This document shows positions 10,973 to 24,557 of a stretch of 64,000 nucleotides of DNA, one piece after another. Under the pieces are notes generated by a model that had not been told where the DNA came from, did not search any database, and was given only the letters and a program-made list of their open reading frames with translations. The position numbers and the translations under genes are program-made. The DNA is taken from NCBI GenBank assembly GCA_973895155.1, contig OZ316893.1, forward strand, positions 23,024,015 to 23,088,014. Direction: 5' to 3'. The stretch comes from Marsupella aquatica (lineage: Eukaryota > Plantae > Marchantiophyta). The first letter of the stretch is position 1, and each line of letters starts with the position of its first letter.

Positions 10973-13900
10973 TACGGTAGATGTCTTGTTCCCATATATT
11001 CATAAAGAAACAAACTCTACGAGGTAGATGAATATGCTTAGAAAAGATGATGAAGTTTGTGCTTGAACGAGACTTCCTAGTTTAAGCTCATCCAGAAACC
11101 ACAAGTGCCGAATGTGCATTTGACCCGTCAAACGACTGGCCAAATTCATGACAAAGCTTTCTACTATGTGAACCGACTAAAATAAAGATAGATTATGAGA
11201 TCATCTACAAGGATAGCAGCTGTACCGTTTTCACAGGGAGCATTTCCCCCAATCCTTCGATTTTCCACTTTGGGTAACACGTGCACAGATTTTGGAAGTA
11301 GGAATTCAGCCGGCTCGTGTCTTTGCTTAAAGTGGTGAAGTAATCAAACAAAGGGCGGCTCAAGGCACTTCTTGCTCTTCCTATATCAGAACTGCCGTGA
11401 TGAGGGGTACTATAATAAAATACCCCTCTCAAGCTATCAAGGAAATTCTTTTTCTTGGCCGGATTCATGCTGGACTCGAACGTGTCGTGTGCATGATGAC
11501 ACAGGTCCTTGATGACCAAACCCCCAAAAGAGTGGCCCACCAAGACCACTGGGCAGTGAGGCGTCTGACCAATGTTTGCCTGCATCAGGTCACTGATCAA
11601 GTTTTCGCTAATTATATGCATGTCAAAGTTTTCGGCAGTTCAGGACGGCGTGTAAAAATAGTCAAAGCTTTCTCTGACGTTGACGGTTCCAGCAGTTCAG
11701 GACGGCGTGTAAAAATAGTCAATCCATAGACGAGAGTGACAAGAGACCGTATGGAAGATCACCTGATGAGCTTGCAGATTCCATTGTTGCACCCTTCTGC
11801 GGCGTCGATTAGCCACAACGGGTCGGAGCAAGAAAAAGCCAAGTAGACAGCACAAGATCACAATAGACAATTGGCCTACTTCGTCAGTCGCCACTAGAAT
11901 CGGAGCAAATCTCGCCGAGATTACGGAAACCCAATTGATCGCCTCCATGGCGAGCCTCAGAAGATCGAAAGACTTTATCTTGTGGCCCTCACGCGATGGG
12001 CCCTTGCAGACCAAATTATGCACTTAGCCCCAGAGTGAGTCAACTGGTCAGATCCATCCTCGTCGTGAGGCCAGACCACCAATAATCATTCAAGAAGCAT
12101 TGAAATTCCCTGAAGGCTGGACAGTTTCCATTATAAAGTCTAGCGTCAATTGCTGATCAGGTACCTTCATAATGTTCAGCTAGTGATCTCCTATATTTGT
12201 TGCACCGTAAAAATCGTCTCAGACTTATCACCATGTAGATAGACGCGGATTAGCCAACTCGATTGAATGAGGGAAAGCACATAGTTGTGCCTTGCTCGTC
12301 CTAGAACCTTTTCTCTCGCAACTACACTGAGGACGTAAGCAGGCATATCAGAAATTGGAAGATAAAGCTACCGTAGTTCGTCTTGAGCGCAGCGCAGTGA
12401 AAAATATATGAAAACAAAAGTCAGTAGGAGACTTCAGGCAACCGTAGAACCATCATCCGTGCTGCGCACGTACTCATAACTGGTGAGCAACCAAGCCATT
12501 GTTGTGGCCACAACTGACTCTAGCTAGCCAATTTACGAAGGACTGAACTCTCCTCAGCAGAGTTAGAGGACATCCACGGCGACCTGACGGCAAAACAGAT
12601 AGAATGAATCGAAGCGGAGGGTTGGCAGTGCAATCCACTTCCAAAGTCAAAGTACAACAGAATCTGCAAGCTTGTGATGGAATTGTGTCTGTCTCTATCA
12701 ACGTGATTGAGTGCCAAGTAATAAAGACTTATTTCCCGTCCTTGTGCCTACGCTTTCCGAAAACTTTGAGAGTAACTGGAACGATACCAGTCCGATTCAG
12801 GAACCATGTGACGTTCGCCTGCCAACACACATCAACGCATCTGTACAGAGAGGACATACACTACAGCTAGAGCTCACAGAAACAACACAATTGTCTGTAC
12901 TGAACCAGAGCAAAGAGAACGGTGGAAGTACCTTTCTGGCTGGAAAGTAACAATGGCGGTAGTGGATAGATTCAATCTGGGGAGCCTCAATCTCGACCAT
13001 CTCGAGGTCCATTGACTGAGCAATTGGCGATAACTTGTACTAGATGTTCAATTGTGAAGCACTCAGAAACTCGGCCCTGAATGGTCACTCCCTCGTCGAA
13101 ATTCACCAAAGCGTGTCCAGCAGAATCTGCGCCAAGAAGTCCAGATAGAAGGAATTGAGGTTTCTTTTGTCTGACTCTCGTGAGTCAAAAATTGTCAAAT
13201 GTGTACAGTTTTTTAAAGTTGGTTTCACAAATATATGTTTATAAATTCTTTGGATAGATGTACCTTAGTGTGATGTTTTTTGTCATTTAGTAAAACTTTG
13301 GACTTGAGATTCTCGTGTGTGTTTTTTTTTCACTATTAAATATTGTCTTACACATCCAAAATGGACAGGGTAGATTAGAATGTATTCATTAGAGTACAAT
13401 ACAAATGGTCATGTTACTTACAATCATGATTGCACATACCATGGGAATGACCAAAGGGTTCATAGGCATGCCCATGTCATGTAAGATTGTCATAGCATGT
13501 GAGACTTATATCCATGCTTACACTCTAGAGATATGCTTGCATATAGGTATTTTGTAGCGTTAAGATGAAGGGATAAAGCTGGGCAAAATAAACCTAAAAT
13601 ATTCTATGGTGAAATCTTATATTGTATTGAACATTTTTTCTTTGAAAGAAAATTTCATTATTTTGGTAACCCCAACACAACCTGGTCCATCATAGCCTTA
13701 ATTTCCATTTGAACCCATGAACAAACATTTAGTTAATTTTTTGTATACTAAAAATGTATATAATATATGCTACACATGACATGACTGTTCTCAACCACAT
13801 TTGGTTAAGCTTTCATGAAATATGATCAATTATACTAACTATGTTTAATAACAACTATGGTTGGGAGGTCAAGCTTCCACTATGATAATTAATAAATATA

Positions 13901-14344
13901 TTTAATAATAACTATGATTTCAGAACATTTCAGAATTGAAACATTATATAATAAGTCAAAGAATATAGACCATATCAGCCACAGAATAATGAGATTTCCT
14001 ACCCTCTTTGTTAAATAAGTATCAAAGTAAATAAGTATCAAAGTGTCTATTTTCTTTTGTGTCGGGAAAGCATTTTCAAAGTAAGGTTCAGGGAAAAATC
14101 TGGGCAAAATTTTGACTAGAAAAAATGGTAGGGGGTCAAACGCTTTTCAAAAATCAGTAGTATATCTTGTTGAGCTGAACAAAGTGAAGTCAGTAGTGTG
14201 ACCATTTGTGTACAGTATGTATTTGGAAAAAAAGGGTATGTTTATACAAAATGTGTACAAAGTCTGGCAAATTAGCCAGCAGGCCTGTATGTGCTTGTAG
14301 TCCGTGCCCACTTGAATAGGGAGGATGGAAGGGTACGGGGGTCT

Positions 14345-14463
14345 CGGTAACTGCACATCAAAATATGACATATATTATGTACGACACCCCTGCATACAGT
14401 GATAATACTAGTTTTTTCCTTTCAATCAATGAATGCAGCCACATTTTGATGTGTGATTATCAG
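14345..14463. mobile_element. Small MITE-like element (related copy at 23591-23706)
   Basis: Imperfect terminal inverted repeats GTAACTGCACATCAAAAT / ATTTTGATGTGTGATTA. The internal sequence is shared with the second copy. Confidence 0.65.
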
Positions 14464-16599
14464 CAGGGGAAGGGTACCTAGGAGGCAGTGACTTTGTTCA
14501 GTCTTCGTGTAATCAATGAGCTTTTTGGCCACGGACAAGGTACTAACATTTTGGCCACGGACAGGTTACTAACATGAGTCCCCAAGTGTTGCTCATGAAT
14601 AGATTAGGACAATCATTGAGCCGGTCTCTAGTCCCACCACCCCCAACCATACTTGTGCCCCAAGAGTCATGGTCCAGAGTCTTCACTCTAGACAATAGGC
14701 ACTATCTCTAGTTTTCAATAACACTTTTTATTAGATAAATTTTAACTAGTCTGAATACCTGTGGGTATGCACAGGAAGGGCTTCCCATACCCAGACTCAC
14801 AAGCATATGAAGATTTTCTGTTACCAGGGAAATTATGGTGGATGCTTTGCTTGTACAGAGTAGATTGCTAGTTCATAGACTCCCATTGCAAAATATATCC
14901 TCACTCATTCTGTCCATCAAGTAAACTTTTCATTTTGGGTGTCAAACTGAGTGTCTTGAGGCAAGCATTGGCCTAGTATTGTAGAATAGACAATCAAGCC
15001 TTCCAATATGAAGACTCTAACCAAAGGGGTCATTGTAGCATGCAAAGAACCACTAAAACAGTTCCTCGCATGAGCAAAACTTTTACTCACATGACCCATA
15101 ATTTTTGTATATGCAATTGCCTCGCTAACAGTAACCTGGTTGATAACATCCATTTTGGGGACTCCTCTTTTTGCTAGCCATCTCACTAGCCATCTGGAAT
15201 AATAAAAAATACACAAAAAATAAAAAATAAAAGCAAAAGAAATTTAAACCACAAGTGTCTGCTAACAATATTCCCATTGCTAACAAATTCTTTTTTGCTC
15301 ACATTATAGAATACCTCTAACCAAAGTACTATACATTCTTCTTTCACGCCAAGTACTGCACAACATGATTGTACAAAAAATAATTCTGAAGCGTATGCTT
15401 CTTTAGGCAATCCTGTTATAAAACAAACTAATTTCCTAGGCTCCTAGTGACAGATGCATGGACACAACGTTATGATTGGGTGTAAGTGGGATGCCTCTCA
15501 CTGGAAAGGGAGACGCTAAGCAGTAATTGATCACTCCAAGCACACCAATCGGATGGCTATAAAGTACTGTACTCAATATTAAGACTATCAGTAGTAAAGT
15601 ACTTATTTTAGTGTTGTTACTTCAATTCAGCAAGAATGTTCATCTTAATTATACGGTTAAATCACCGTGGGCGGTTTACATTCTGGGTTGAGTATATTCA
15701 CCTTTCGCTTTACCCCTGAAACATGAAAAACCTGTTCGAATTGCAATCATGAAGTACAACGAAACAAATAACAACTTACTGCCAGGGCCCAGCTTGCAAG
15801 TACCGACCATCCTAAACATGATGTACTACTGGATTTCACTGTCCCCGCATCCGTGACATCACTTTTAGTCACTTTTCCTCCTCTGCAAACTTTTCCTTCT
15901 TATATCAAGAACTATAATACAAGGTTGCCTACTTTTCTCATTGTGTCCCCATATCCCCGACATCACTTTTAATCCTCTGCCAACTTTTCTTTCTTATATC
16001 AAGAACTATAATACAAGGTTGTGCCCTTTTCTACCGTGGTCTTCATTCAAATATACAGTGTCCCCAAAAAAAGATTCCAGCAAAAGAGGAAGGAATAAAT
16101 CAAAGATGAAAAAGTTTAGTGTGAATGAAAGAGGAAGAAACACTCAAAAGAGACAAAGAAAAAGGGAAATGATTATTAAATAAACTCATGCAAGCACAAG
16201 GATCAATGATGATCCCTATGCTTTCCATCAATGAGTAAGTGAGAACAAGATGTTAATAAAAAATGTTCTATTTATATTAGGCAATTTTTGTAATAATTAT
16301 CAAAAAATGTAATACACTATGGCACCAATTTATACCATGGTCGCCTTTCAAAATTCCCGGGCCATTTTGGGTGAAAATATCAAAACCAGAAAAATGGAAC
16401 CAATAAGACAAAAAAACCCAATTGGAAACTCAAGCCATCACTTGGATTGCAGTGCCGCGATGTCAGCACACGCCGCGGCGACAGCACCAAGCCATAGCAA
16501 GTCGCGACCCGCCCTGCCCAGCTCGCAGCCGCCGATGCTGGCTGGCTCCGCCCTCTGCCTCCCAGGCCCCCTTTTGCCTCCCCACTTTGCGGCCCTCCC

Positions 16600-17193
16600 C
16601 CCTTGCCCTCCTTTAAATTTATCCTTTTTAAAATATTTAAATTACAAAAACAATTTAAAAAATCATTCTCATTTTTTTGTACTTTGGTGGTGGTTGTCGC
16701 CTCTCTTTGTGTCATGACATCTCCCACTTGACAAATGTTTTTTACGCAATGAGATACAGTCTAACAAAGATATCTTTCGCACCAACATAATTTTTCAACT
16801 ACATCTTTAGCACAACGTTACCTATTACACATTGATGTCTTTCTCTAAATGATATCTTTAGTAAACTACATCTTTTGCGCAACATCTTTTGAGCAACCAC
16901 ATCTTTTACTTAACGACATTTTTTATTTAACAACACTGTAATATAATGCGACGATGTATTTATCCAACATCTTTTGTGCAACGGAGACTTGACAACATAT
17001 ATCACTCATGACTTAACAACAACTTTATACTTAACAACATCTTTTTTCTTAATGATATCTTGGGCGTTGTGATATCTTTTGTCTCAACGACATCTTTTTT
17101 CTTAACGACATCTTGGGTGACACGACATCTTTTCTCTTAACGACATCTTGGGCGTCACGACATCTTTTGTGCAATGCACGGGTATTGAGCTCG
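16600..17193 (+). mobile_element. Non-autonomous Helitron-like element, 3' end at 17193 (5' limit uncertain)
   Basis: Ends GTGCAATGCACGGGTATTGAGCTCG|T, a hairpin plus a CTAG-like terminus with one mismatch. Preceded by degenerate ACATCTT repeats. Matches the terminus at 21709. Confidence 0.7.
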
Positions 17194-17962
17194 TTCCCAA
17201 TGATGCAACGGAAGGAAGTGTGTGGAAAAATATAACTTATTATTGTAGTGGGTGCGGTGGAAGGCTACTATAGCTACAATCTGTGATACAATAGCCCCAA
17301 ACACAATTTTCATACCGTTGTCTAGTGGACTTGAGAAACTCCCAGTCACACCTACAGTGTGGCTTGACTCACGCCCCAGGAATAATTAAAAGTATGGGTG
17401 ACGATGCTCGTTCGCAAGCCGTGAGATCAAGATTGTGGAAGGTGTGCTAACAAATGACATTATTTCAAGTAATTAAGATCACTTGGAAAAGATTCACTTG
17501 ATTGGGAGTTGATTGAAAAAGCACCTTTACCATTCAAATATTTGTGGTACTTGTATTTGTAGTGGTTTCGGCCAGTGGTAAAATCTTAGTTGAAAATAGA
17601 GTTGTAAACATCGACCGTGTAGTGGACGGTCGATTGTAGTGATTTGCAAATTTGTGTAATATGCAACTCTAATTCAAGTGATCTAAGTTTTAGTGGCAAA
17701 AAAAAAAGTTGTAATCAGTGATTAAGGTAACATAGTTCTAAGTAGAGTCATAAAATGCAGATGATTCAACCCATTAAAAAAACAATGGTTGGCACCACGT
17801 ATGAGTTGTTTAGGCAAAGTAGTTGCAAGGCCTGTAGTAGTAAAACACAGGTTTTCTTCTAGTGGTAATCCTTGTCCTCCAGGTAGTCTAGTCCGCGATC
17901 AAGAACCCCACGCATGCGGACTATCTCAAGGAGCATCAGTTGAAACAGTTTGTTCATTTACC

Positions 17963-19526
17963 ATGGAGGACTACTGAGTAGTCCCTGGAACCTTATTCCA
18001 TGATCTGGTCCAGGAATTTAGCCAAACCCTGTCAGGGGAACTAGCAACATACATCAAGCAGCAGGTCGTGCAATACTTCCAACCGGCCTTCTTCATGTTA
18101 GAGCACCAACCGCGGATGAACCGCTTGGAGGATGAACTCATGGCAAAGGGAAACGAGATCTGAGATCTCCACATGACAATGGAGCGACTGGAGGAGGCAG
18201 CCACCGCGCGTTGTGATGAGTTAGTCCGCACCACAAAACAATAAGACGGACTAACCCAGGAGTTGCTCAAAGCTCAGGCTGACCTTAAGGAAATTGAGGC
18301 CATTGTGCTTCAACTTTGGTCCGAGTCCTTGGCTTGGGTTAACAGCCTGTCCAACCTCAACAACCAATTCCTTCAGGCTGCCCAGCAGGTGACCATTATC
18401 TTTGCCGAACGAGATAAATTGTTGGCACAAAATGCACCGTAACACCATTGGCAGCTCAGTCAAGAGGGGGCACAGCTCCAAACTGAGGCCGACAAAGTCG
18501 TGAACAAGGCGGAGGAGGCGATACGGGATAACAAGGCCTTGCAGGACCAAATTACGCTGCTTGTAATCCAGCGAGATAGGGCAGAAACTGCCTCTAATCA
18601 AGGCGGCTCAAGGCCTCATCCTGACAAAGGGACAGCCCTGGACCAATAGCGTAACACGCGCAAGGGGTGGTTAGTGCAGGGGACGGTCAAGCACCGCACA
18701 ATGAAGTTGAGAATAGTCACAACTTTTTGGGTTAACCTTAGCGACAGAATAGCTATCAGTAGGCGTCGATTAGCAGCACGGTAGGCAAGATTAGGACAAA
18801 GTTAGTTAGGATCTTCCAGCGTAGGATAGAGTCCATCAACGAACTAAAAATGACGGACAGTAGGCTTAGACATTGGCACCACCGTCAACGACCCTTGCCA
18901 CTGACAATCAACCAGTCAATAGGAAGGCGGTCAACCATGTCAGGAGGTAATTAGTTAGTTAGGCATTTCCCGAGGGAGGTAGCAACTCCCCCGTCCCTTT
19001 CTGCATGAAGTATTTAGGCTCCCCCTTCTGCTAGGGAAGGGGAGAGACTTACGGTTCATTTGAGTAAGCAAGAACATTATGGGCGGGGAGTCCCGGCCTG
19101 AGTAAGATCAGAGAGTACTAAGGAGTGAGAGCCAGAGTCATTGGGTTAGTGCAAGGCAGGGCCTTGTAGAGACTAGGCATGGACTGCCGTTAGACCTGCT
19201 GATTGCTTAGAAGTCGAGTCAACTGTGTAAAGTGCTTCTTCTTATCTGTGTAAACCTGGTCTTTCCCTCCGATCAAATTGCAAGCAAGTTGTGTTGTGTG
19301 CAATGTGTCTTGCATTGACAAAGGCGTCATTTTAAGGGACAAATCGGGTGCGGACTAATGGTTGGGATTGTCGGGAAGTGTATGCTGCAAATTCTGGTTG
19401 CGGCAATGGCTTGAAAGTCCCCAAGCCGGGAGTTAGTCCGAGTCACTAACTATGGGGTCCTTCCAGCGGCGGAAACCAAACATACCTATGATGTTTGTAA
19501 TGGTTGTGTAATATTATACCGGTGCA
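17963..19526 (+). mobile_element. Probable decayed LTR-retroelement 3' remnant: degenerate coiled-coil ORF, purine tract and putative LTR 18675-19526
   Basis: The + strand reads as a coiled-coil-like frame broken by stops (MNRLEDELMAKGNEI*DLHMTMERLEEAA...ELLKAQADLKEIE). It is followed by AAGGGGTGG and a segment of about 850 bp with TGCA...TGCA ends. No RT or integrase visible. Confidence 0.4.
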
Positions 19527-21708
19527 TGTATGCATATAGTCCGACTTAGACTAACCAAGGCCACCCCGGATTCGAAATTCAGCGTCGCGCATTGAACAGA
19601 ATCTGCCGTCAGGGCCACCTGTCTTGCTTAGAACGCAGCTGGTCTGGGAGGGAAGGAGCTGCGCCCAGAAGTATTCCAGATCGAAACAATAACATCAGGA
19701 AGGAATCCTGTGATGTAAAGTGACACTACAGTATTCAATGCAGAACCGAAAAGCCTAAGTTACAGTGTTTTAGCACGAACGACTCAACGAGGATAGTCGG
19801 GATGGACACTTCTCGTGGGAGCTTTGATTTTTGGTTCGAGCCCTAATCTATAGTTCGATGGCGTTCGTACAACGCGGCGAATCCAAACTGACTTCCACTT
19901 GCGAACCTAATTAATAATGTTCTACTTCCGTCCAGGAACCCGGGCGGGAACTTCATAAGGAGGAACGACAGTCAATGCATGTTTCCTGCTAGAGAGGTCA
20001 TCAGGAGATAATTTTAAAGAGCCTACAAAATCTTACTCACGAGCAGAGCGTGGGTTTAGATGGACAATAAAAATAATGTTCTTCTGCTGGACGTCCGTGC
20101 ACAGGGAATCTCCGGCGGGAGGGAGAAACTCGGGTCAACAAGGGAGAAAGCCAACCAGGTTTGTTTGGCCCCGATCTCCATCCTGCACTGCCTCACTAGG
20201 TTTGTCTGGAAGGGACAGTAGGAAGCTGGAAGGGAGGCCGGCCTTAGACGGTCATCGAAGGAAATAAATGGAGTCAAGCTTCGATTAAAGTTCCAAAGTT
20301 CCACTTGATTTGCGTTTCTCAATGATGGCCTGGACATTAATGATGTGCGTTCAGATTCTGGAGAAGTAATTTCAGGATTAGGAGAATGGTGTTCCGAATC
20401 TATCGAGGAGAGAAAATCATAGAGAGAAAATCATAGAGAGACCTTGAAAATCGTTGTGCTCGTTTGTGAACGTACAAATCTTTCCAGCTCCACGCATTGT
20501 TGTGCATAATGACTAAGAACAAATCACATTAAATCTTACAGCAACTCAGATTTGCTATAGAATTGAAGGGCGACGCACTCTACGGTTAAATAAATCACAT
20601 GTTGGAATCCATTCAAATCATCTGAGTTCCGCTAGTGAATCTCATCCCACACACGTCCATGCTTGTCCGGATCCTCTCAAGTGAAACTAATGTACAGATA
20701 TAATTCCAACATAAACCCTGTTAAATGGAAATTGACCGGAAGAAACTTCGTCTCAAAATTCATCTCAAATGACGGAGATTTCAATCTTCAATTTCCACAG
20801 AATGTAATCTGCCCTATGCTGACTTTCAGAATGGTCAGAGGAGCTTAACTAGAAGTTTCAAGTATCTTTTATGTCCAATCTGACCAATGATGCTGCCCCC
20901 ATCAATCTTGTATCCTATAAGCGCCTTGAAAAGCAAGAACATGCATGGTGACGCTGCTACTAAGATCAAGAATAAAATCCTTCCTGGATGAAATTGATCG
21001 ACAAAAACAAATCTCCAAGCTCGAAGATTCTGTCCGATGCGTCGTTGTGACGACTACTGACAACTTTTCAAACTGTGCAAAAACTAGCAGCTGGAATCAT
21101 GGAAGGACCGTATGGAGGACAGTAATATACATTCAACTATTAATCGCGAGCTGTTCATTGTAGCAAGGGACGTGACTTTAGGGTGGTGTAAGCTTTTCGA
21201 TCAGGGGCGAATCTGGACGAGGTTTCATATTCTTAGGCAGGCGTCTTTCATGTGAGCTTTCTGGGTTTGAGTCACTTTGAATAGGTGTGGTAAACCCAGT
21301 TTCTGTTGTAGAAGTCAAAGATGATGAGCTTTTAGCAATACTTGAAATGTACACAGAAGATGACTGACCAAAGAAATCATCTGGACTATGGTACATGGGA
21401 TAGCCTCTGGCAAATTCTTGAGATACTCCAAGTTCAGCCGGTCCCACCACTTCCACCATTTAATTAAATTAAAGTCAATATTGACTTCTGCTGAGTGACC
21501 CTTTTCAGCTAAAGTCCAAGTCTCACAAGCTTGGACAACACCAAATCTTGAGTAATTCAATATTTATTCCATCACTGCTCATTGATCTAATGCAATGGCT
21601 TTTCTTCATTCAAATCGCTGAAGCCGCACTGTAAAATAATAGTTCAAGTTGCGGTTGGCATTCAACAGCCTTCAAGTCTCGGCTCACGTGACACATTTTC
21701 ATAGTAAA

Positions 21709-23140
21709 CTAGCTCAATACCCGTGCGTTGCACAAAAGATATCGTGTCGCCCAAGATGACGTTAAGACAAAAAGATTTTGTGTCACCCAAGATGTCGTTA
21801 AGAAAAAATATGTTGTGTCGCCCAAGATGCCGTTAAGAAAAAAAGATGTGTTGTCGCGCAAGATGTCGTTAAGAAAGAAAATGTCGTGTCGCCCAACTGA
21901 AGATGTCATTCATGAAGAAACAAATGTTGTGCCTCCCAATGTGTCATTAATAAAGAAAAAAGATACTGTGTCACTCAAGATGTTATTACAAAAAAAAAAT
22001 GTTGTGACACCCAAGATGTACTTAAGAAAAATGATATTGTGTCACCCAAGATGTCCTTAAGACAAAGATATCGTGTCAACCAAGATATTGTTAAGAAAAA
22101 AGATGTTGTGGCACCCAATATGTCCTTAAGAAAAGGAATGCCACGTTGCCCAAGATGTCATTAAGAGAAAAGTAGCACAAAAGATGGTGTGGTGAGAAAA
22201 AGATGTTGAGGTGAAAATAGATGTTGAGGTGAGAAAAAGAAGTTGAAATGAGAAAAAGATGTCAAAGAGAGAAATGTTTAGGTGAGAAAAAGATGTTGAG
22301 GTGAACAAAGATGTTGATGAGAAAAAGAGATGTTGAGCTAAGAAAAAGAAGTAGATCAAAAACTATGTGAAGGAGAGAAAAGATGGCGATGTGAGAAAAA
22401 TATGTGAAGATGAGGAAAAGATGTCAAGGGTGAGGGAAAGATGTTGTGGTGAGATAAAAATGTGAAGGTGAGAAAAGGTCAGATGTCAAGGTGAAAACAA
22501 ATGTCAATGAGAAAAAGATATGTTGAGGTGAGACAAAGAAGTCAAGGTGAAGAAAAGATGTCGAGGAGAGAAAAAACATGGCGAGGTGAGAAAAAGACGT
22601 TGAGGAGAGAAAATATGTCGAGGGTGAGGGAAAGATGTTGTGGTGAGATAAAGATGTCAAGGTGAGAAAAGATGTCAAGTCAGGTGAGAAAATATATCGA
22701 GGAGAGAAACAAAAATCAAGGACCGAAACAATGTTGAGGGTGAGAAAAAATTGTCATGAGATAAAGATGTCAATGTGAGAAAAAATGGCAAGTTTGAGAA
22801 AAATATGTCAAGGCAAGGTACAATTGTTGTGGTGGTGTGCAACAACTCGTGCACTGCACATAGAAATCGGAGACTGAGATAATAGTCACCGCAAAATAGA
22901 GTCCAAGCACAACCAAGTGACAGAAAAAAATGTTTTTAATTTTAATTTTTTAGAGAAATTAATATCATATATATTATTTATACTCAAGTTTTTTCAAAAC
23001 TTGAAAGTTATTATCCAATTCTTTAAGTCTCAATTTTAATAATTAGTTTTAAATTAGTTTTAAATTATTATTTTTATCTTGGTTGGGTTTGGGTAGGCTA
23101 TGGGTAGCTTGGGAAGAGGTAATTGAGATTAATAGAGATA
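21709..23140 (-). mobile_element. Non-autonomous Helitron-like element with internal satellite-like repeats of about 20 bp
   Basis: The minus-strand 3' end reads GTGCAACGCACGGGTATTGAGCTAG|T, the canonical hairpin plus CTAG followed by T. Candidate 5' A|TC start near 23138. About 1.1 kb of AAGATGT-based repeats. Confidence 0.78.
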
Positions 23141-23590
23141 TGGATGGATCCTACAGTTGCAGAAAAACAAATTTTTACTTAAGACCTAGGATTGTTCCCA
23201 TTTTTTCTTGAGTTTGTAAATAATACCATATCCATTTTTAGAGGATATGGTATATCATGACTTATGATACTCTTGCATACAAGAGGGTTAGGTACCTTTT
23301 CTGTCTTTTGTTTCCACCACTAGATTCTTTTTTGTTTGAAAAGTGCATACAACAAGGTTAGTTACATTTTTTGTTTTGTGTGTCCACCAATTGATTACCG
23401 TTTGTGTGAAAAGATTTACTGTACATTTTGGTTCCCTCTATATTTAATTTGCTTTTGGTTTTATCCCTTCTCTTTATTGATTAGTTCTTTTCTTGGCACT
23501 GTATTTTTGAATGACGACCACAGCATAAAAAGACGCAACCTTGTATTATAGAAGTTAATGGAGAGATCATTGAGTAGGATTCTTTTGGTC

Positions 23591-23706
23591 CCCGGTGACT
23601 GCACATCAAAATACGAGTGTACGACATTCCTCCATAACATGATACATCTTCTTATTTTCTTGAAATCAATGAGTGCACACCATATATTTTGATGTGTGAT
23701 TACGGG
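23591..23706. mobile_element. Small MITE-like element (related copy at 14345-14463)
   Basis: Inverted ends CCGGTGACTGCACATCAAAATA / TATTTTGATGTGTGATTACGGG. Confidence 0.65.
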
Positions 23707-24074
23707 CAGGGGATTCTTTCCAGGGGCAAATTTGTGAAGCTATGCATGCACACCCTCCACAAGACGGTGGCCAACCTCCCACTAAGGACAGCCAAGCTCT
23801 ATGCCGTCTTGTCTACAAGACCCCCTGTATAGTACTGCCAAGTACTGGGCCCATCCCGACCTGACCTTCTGGCCAGGCCAATTGCCATGGCAAAGGGTTT
23901 GTGCTGGTCGGGGGCTCGGGAAACTGAACTTGAGAGAGGTTACAGCCGACCAGGTCTAAGTGCACCATTTTTAAGTGCAATACCAGATAAATTGCAGGGG
24001 AAACAGTACAGTGGACCCTATCTAAGTACACCGTGTAGTAGTGAGGCCCCTGGCCAAACCTCAATGATCACAAT

Positions 24075-24557
24075 AGGGCGTGTCAAAGCAGGCCTGTAAC
24101 TCAGTTACAAATCAGGACATAAATTGCTTTTACGCCCGGGGTCCTCACTTCTTTTCTTCCGACCCATCATGCGTGAATAAGTATAGGGTTTTTTTATTGG
24201 GTTTAGTGAAATACTTTTAAATTTTTGTTGAAGAACATTAGGGTTATTTTAGTCCAATTTTGAGAATTATAAGAATCAAAGGGTTTTTCTAAATCAAAAT
24301 TGTAAATATTTTTGGAATATTCCATTAAGTTAGGGGTAAAAAATTACTTAAACAAACTTTATTGACTTAAGTTTTAGGGTGTTTATTCCCCCAAAACTTC
24401 GCACGTGATATGGGATACCCCTTGGATTGAGGCCCCCAAGCTTTTACGGCCAAGACAATATCACTATGGGAGACCAAAATACACACCCCATAAACATTTT
24501 ACTTCCAAAAATTCACAGCTGTAAGACTCTCCTTAAGGGAGAACTTTGACACGCCCT
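24075..24557. mobile_element. MITE with perfect 14-bp TIRs and 3-bp TSD (PIF/Harbinger-like)
   Basis: AGGGCGTGTCAAAG ... CTTTGACACGCCCT, flanked by AAT on both sides; AT-rich non-coding interior. Confidence 0.8.

Larger units (their letters stand above)
2191..11948 (-). pseudogene. NLR copy A: TM-hydrolase-NB-ARC-(LRR deleted)-TPR pseudogene
   Basis: Exon 1 11948-11763 (GCCATGG context). Residual hydrolase exon about 11635-11226 (GHSFGG, YSTPHHGS). Exon 10567-10397 (ADHFSVCRP). NB-ARC exon 10214-9132 (GMGGLGKTT, LVLDN, GLPL, IHD). TPR units at about 3815-2191 are split over three reading frames. The LRR region is absent and its place is occupied by a copia element. Confidence 0.9.
1550..13130. 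repeat. Segmental duplication copy A (paralogous to about 26005-39579)
   Basis: Collinear similarity across the 3' flank (TTGTCCTGAACTGGACCCA), all NLR exons and introns, and about 1 kb of upstream DNA. Similarity ends at CAGAATCTGC (13130) versus AGAATCTGC (about 39579). Confidence 0.92.

Noticed and set aside
20056-21560. Short minus-strand Ser/Pro-rich ORFs suggesting a third gene between the paralogs
   Set aside because: No recognisable domain and no consistent splice model. Gene fragments remain possible but cannot be supported without homology or RNA data.
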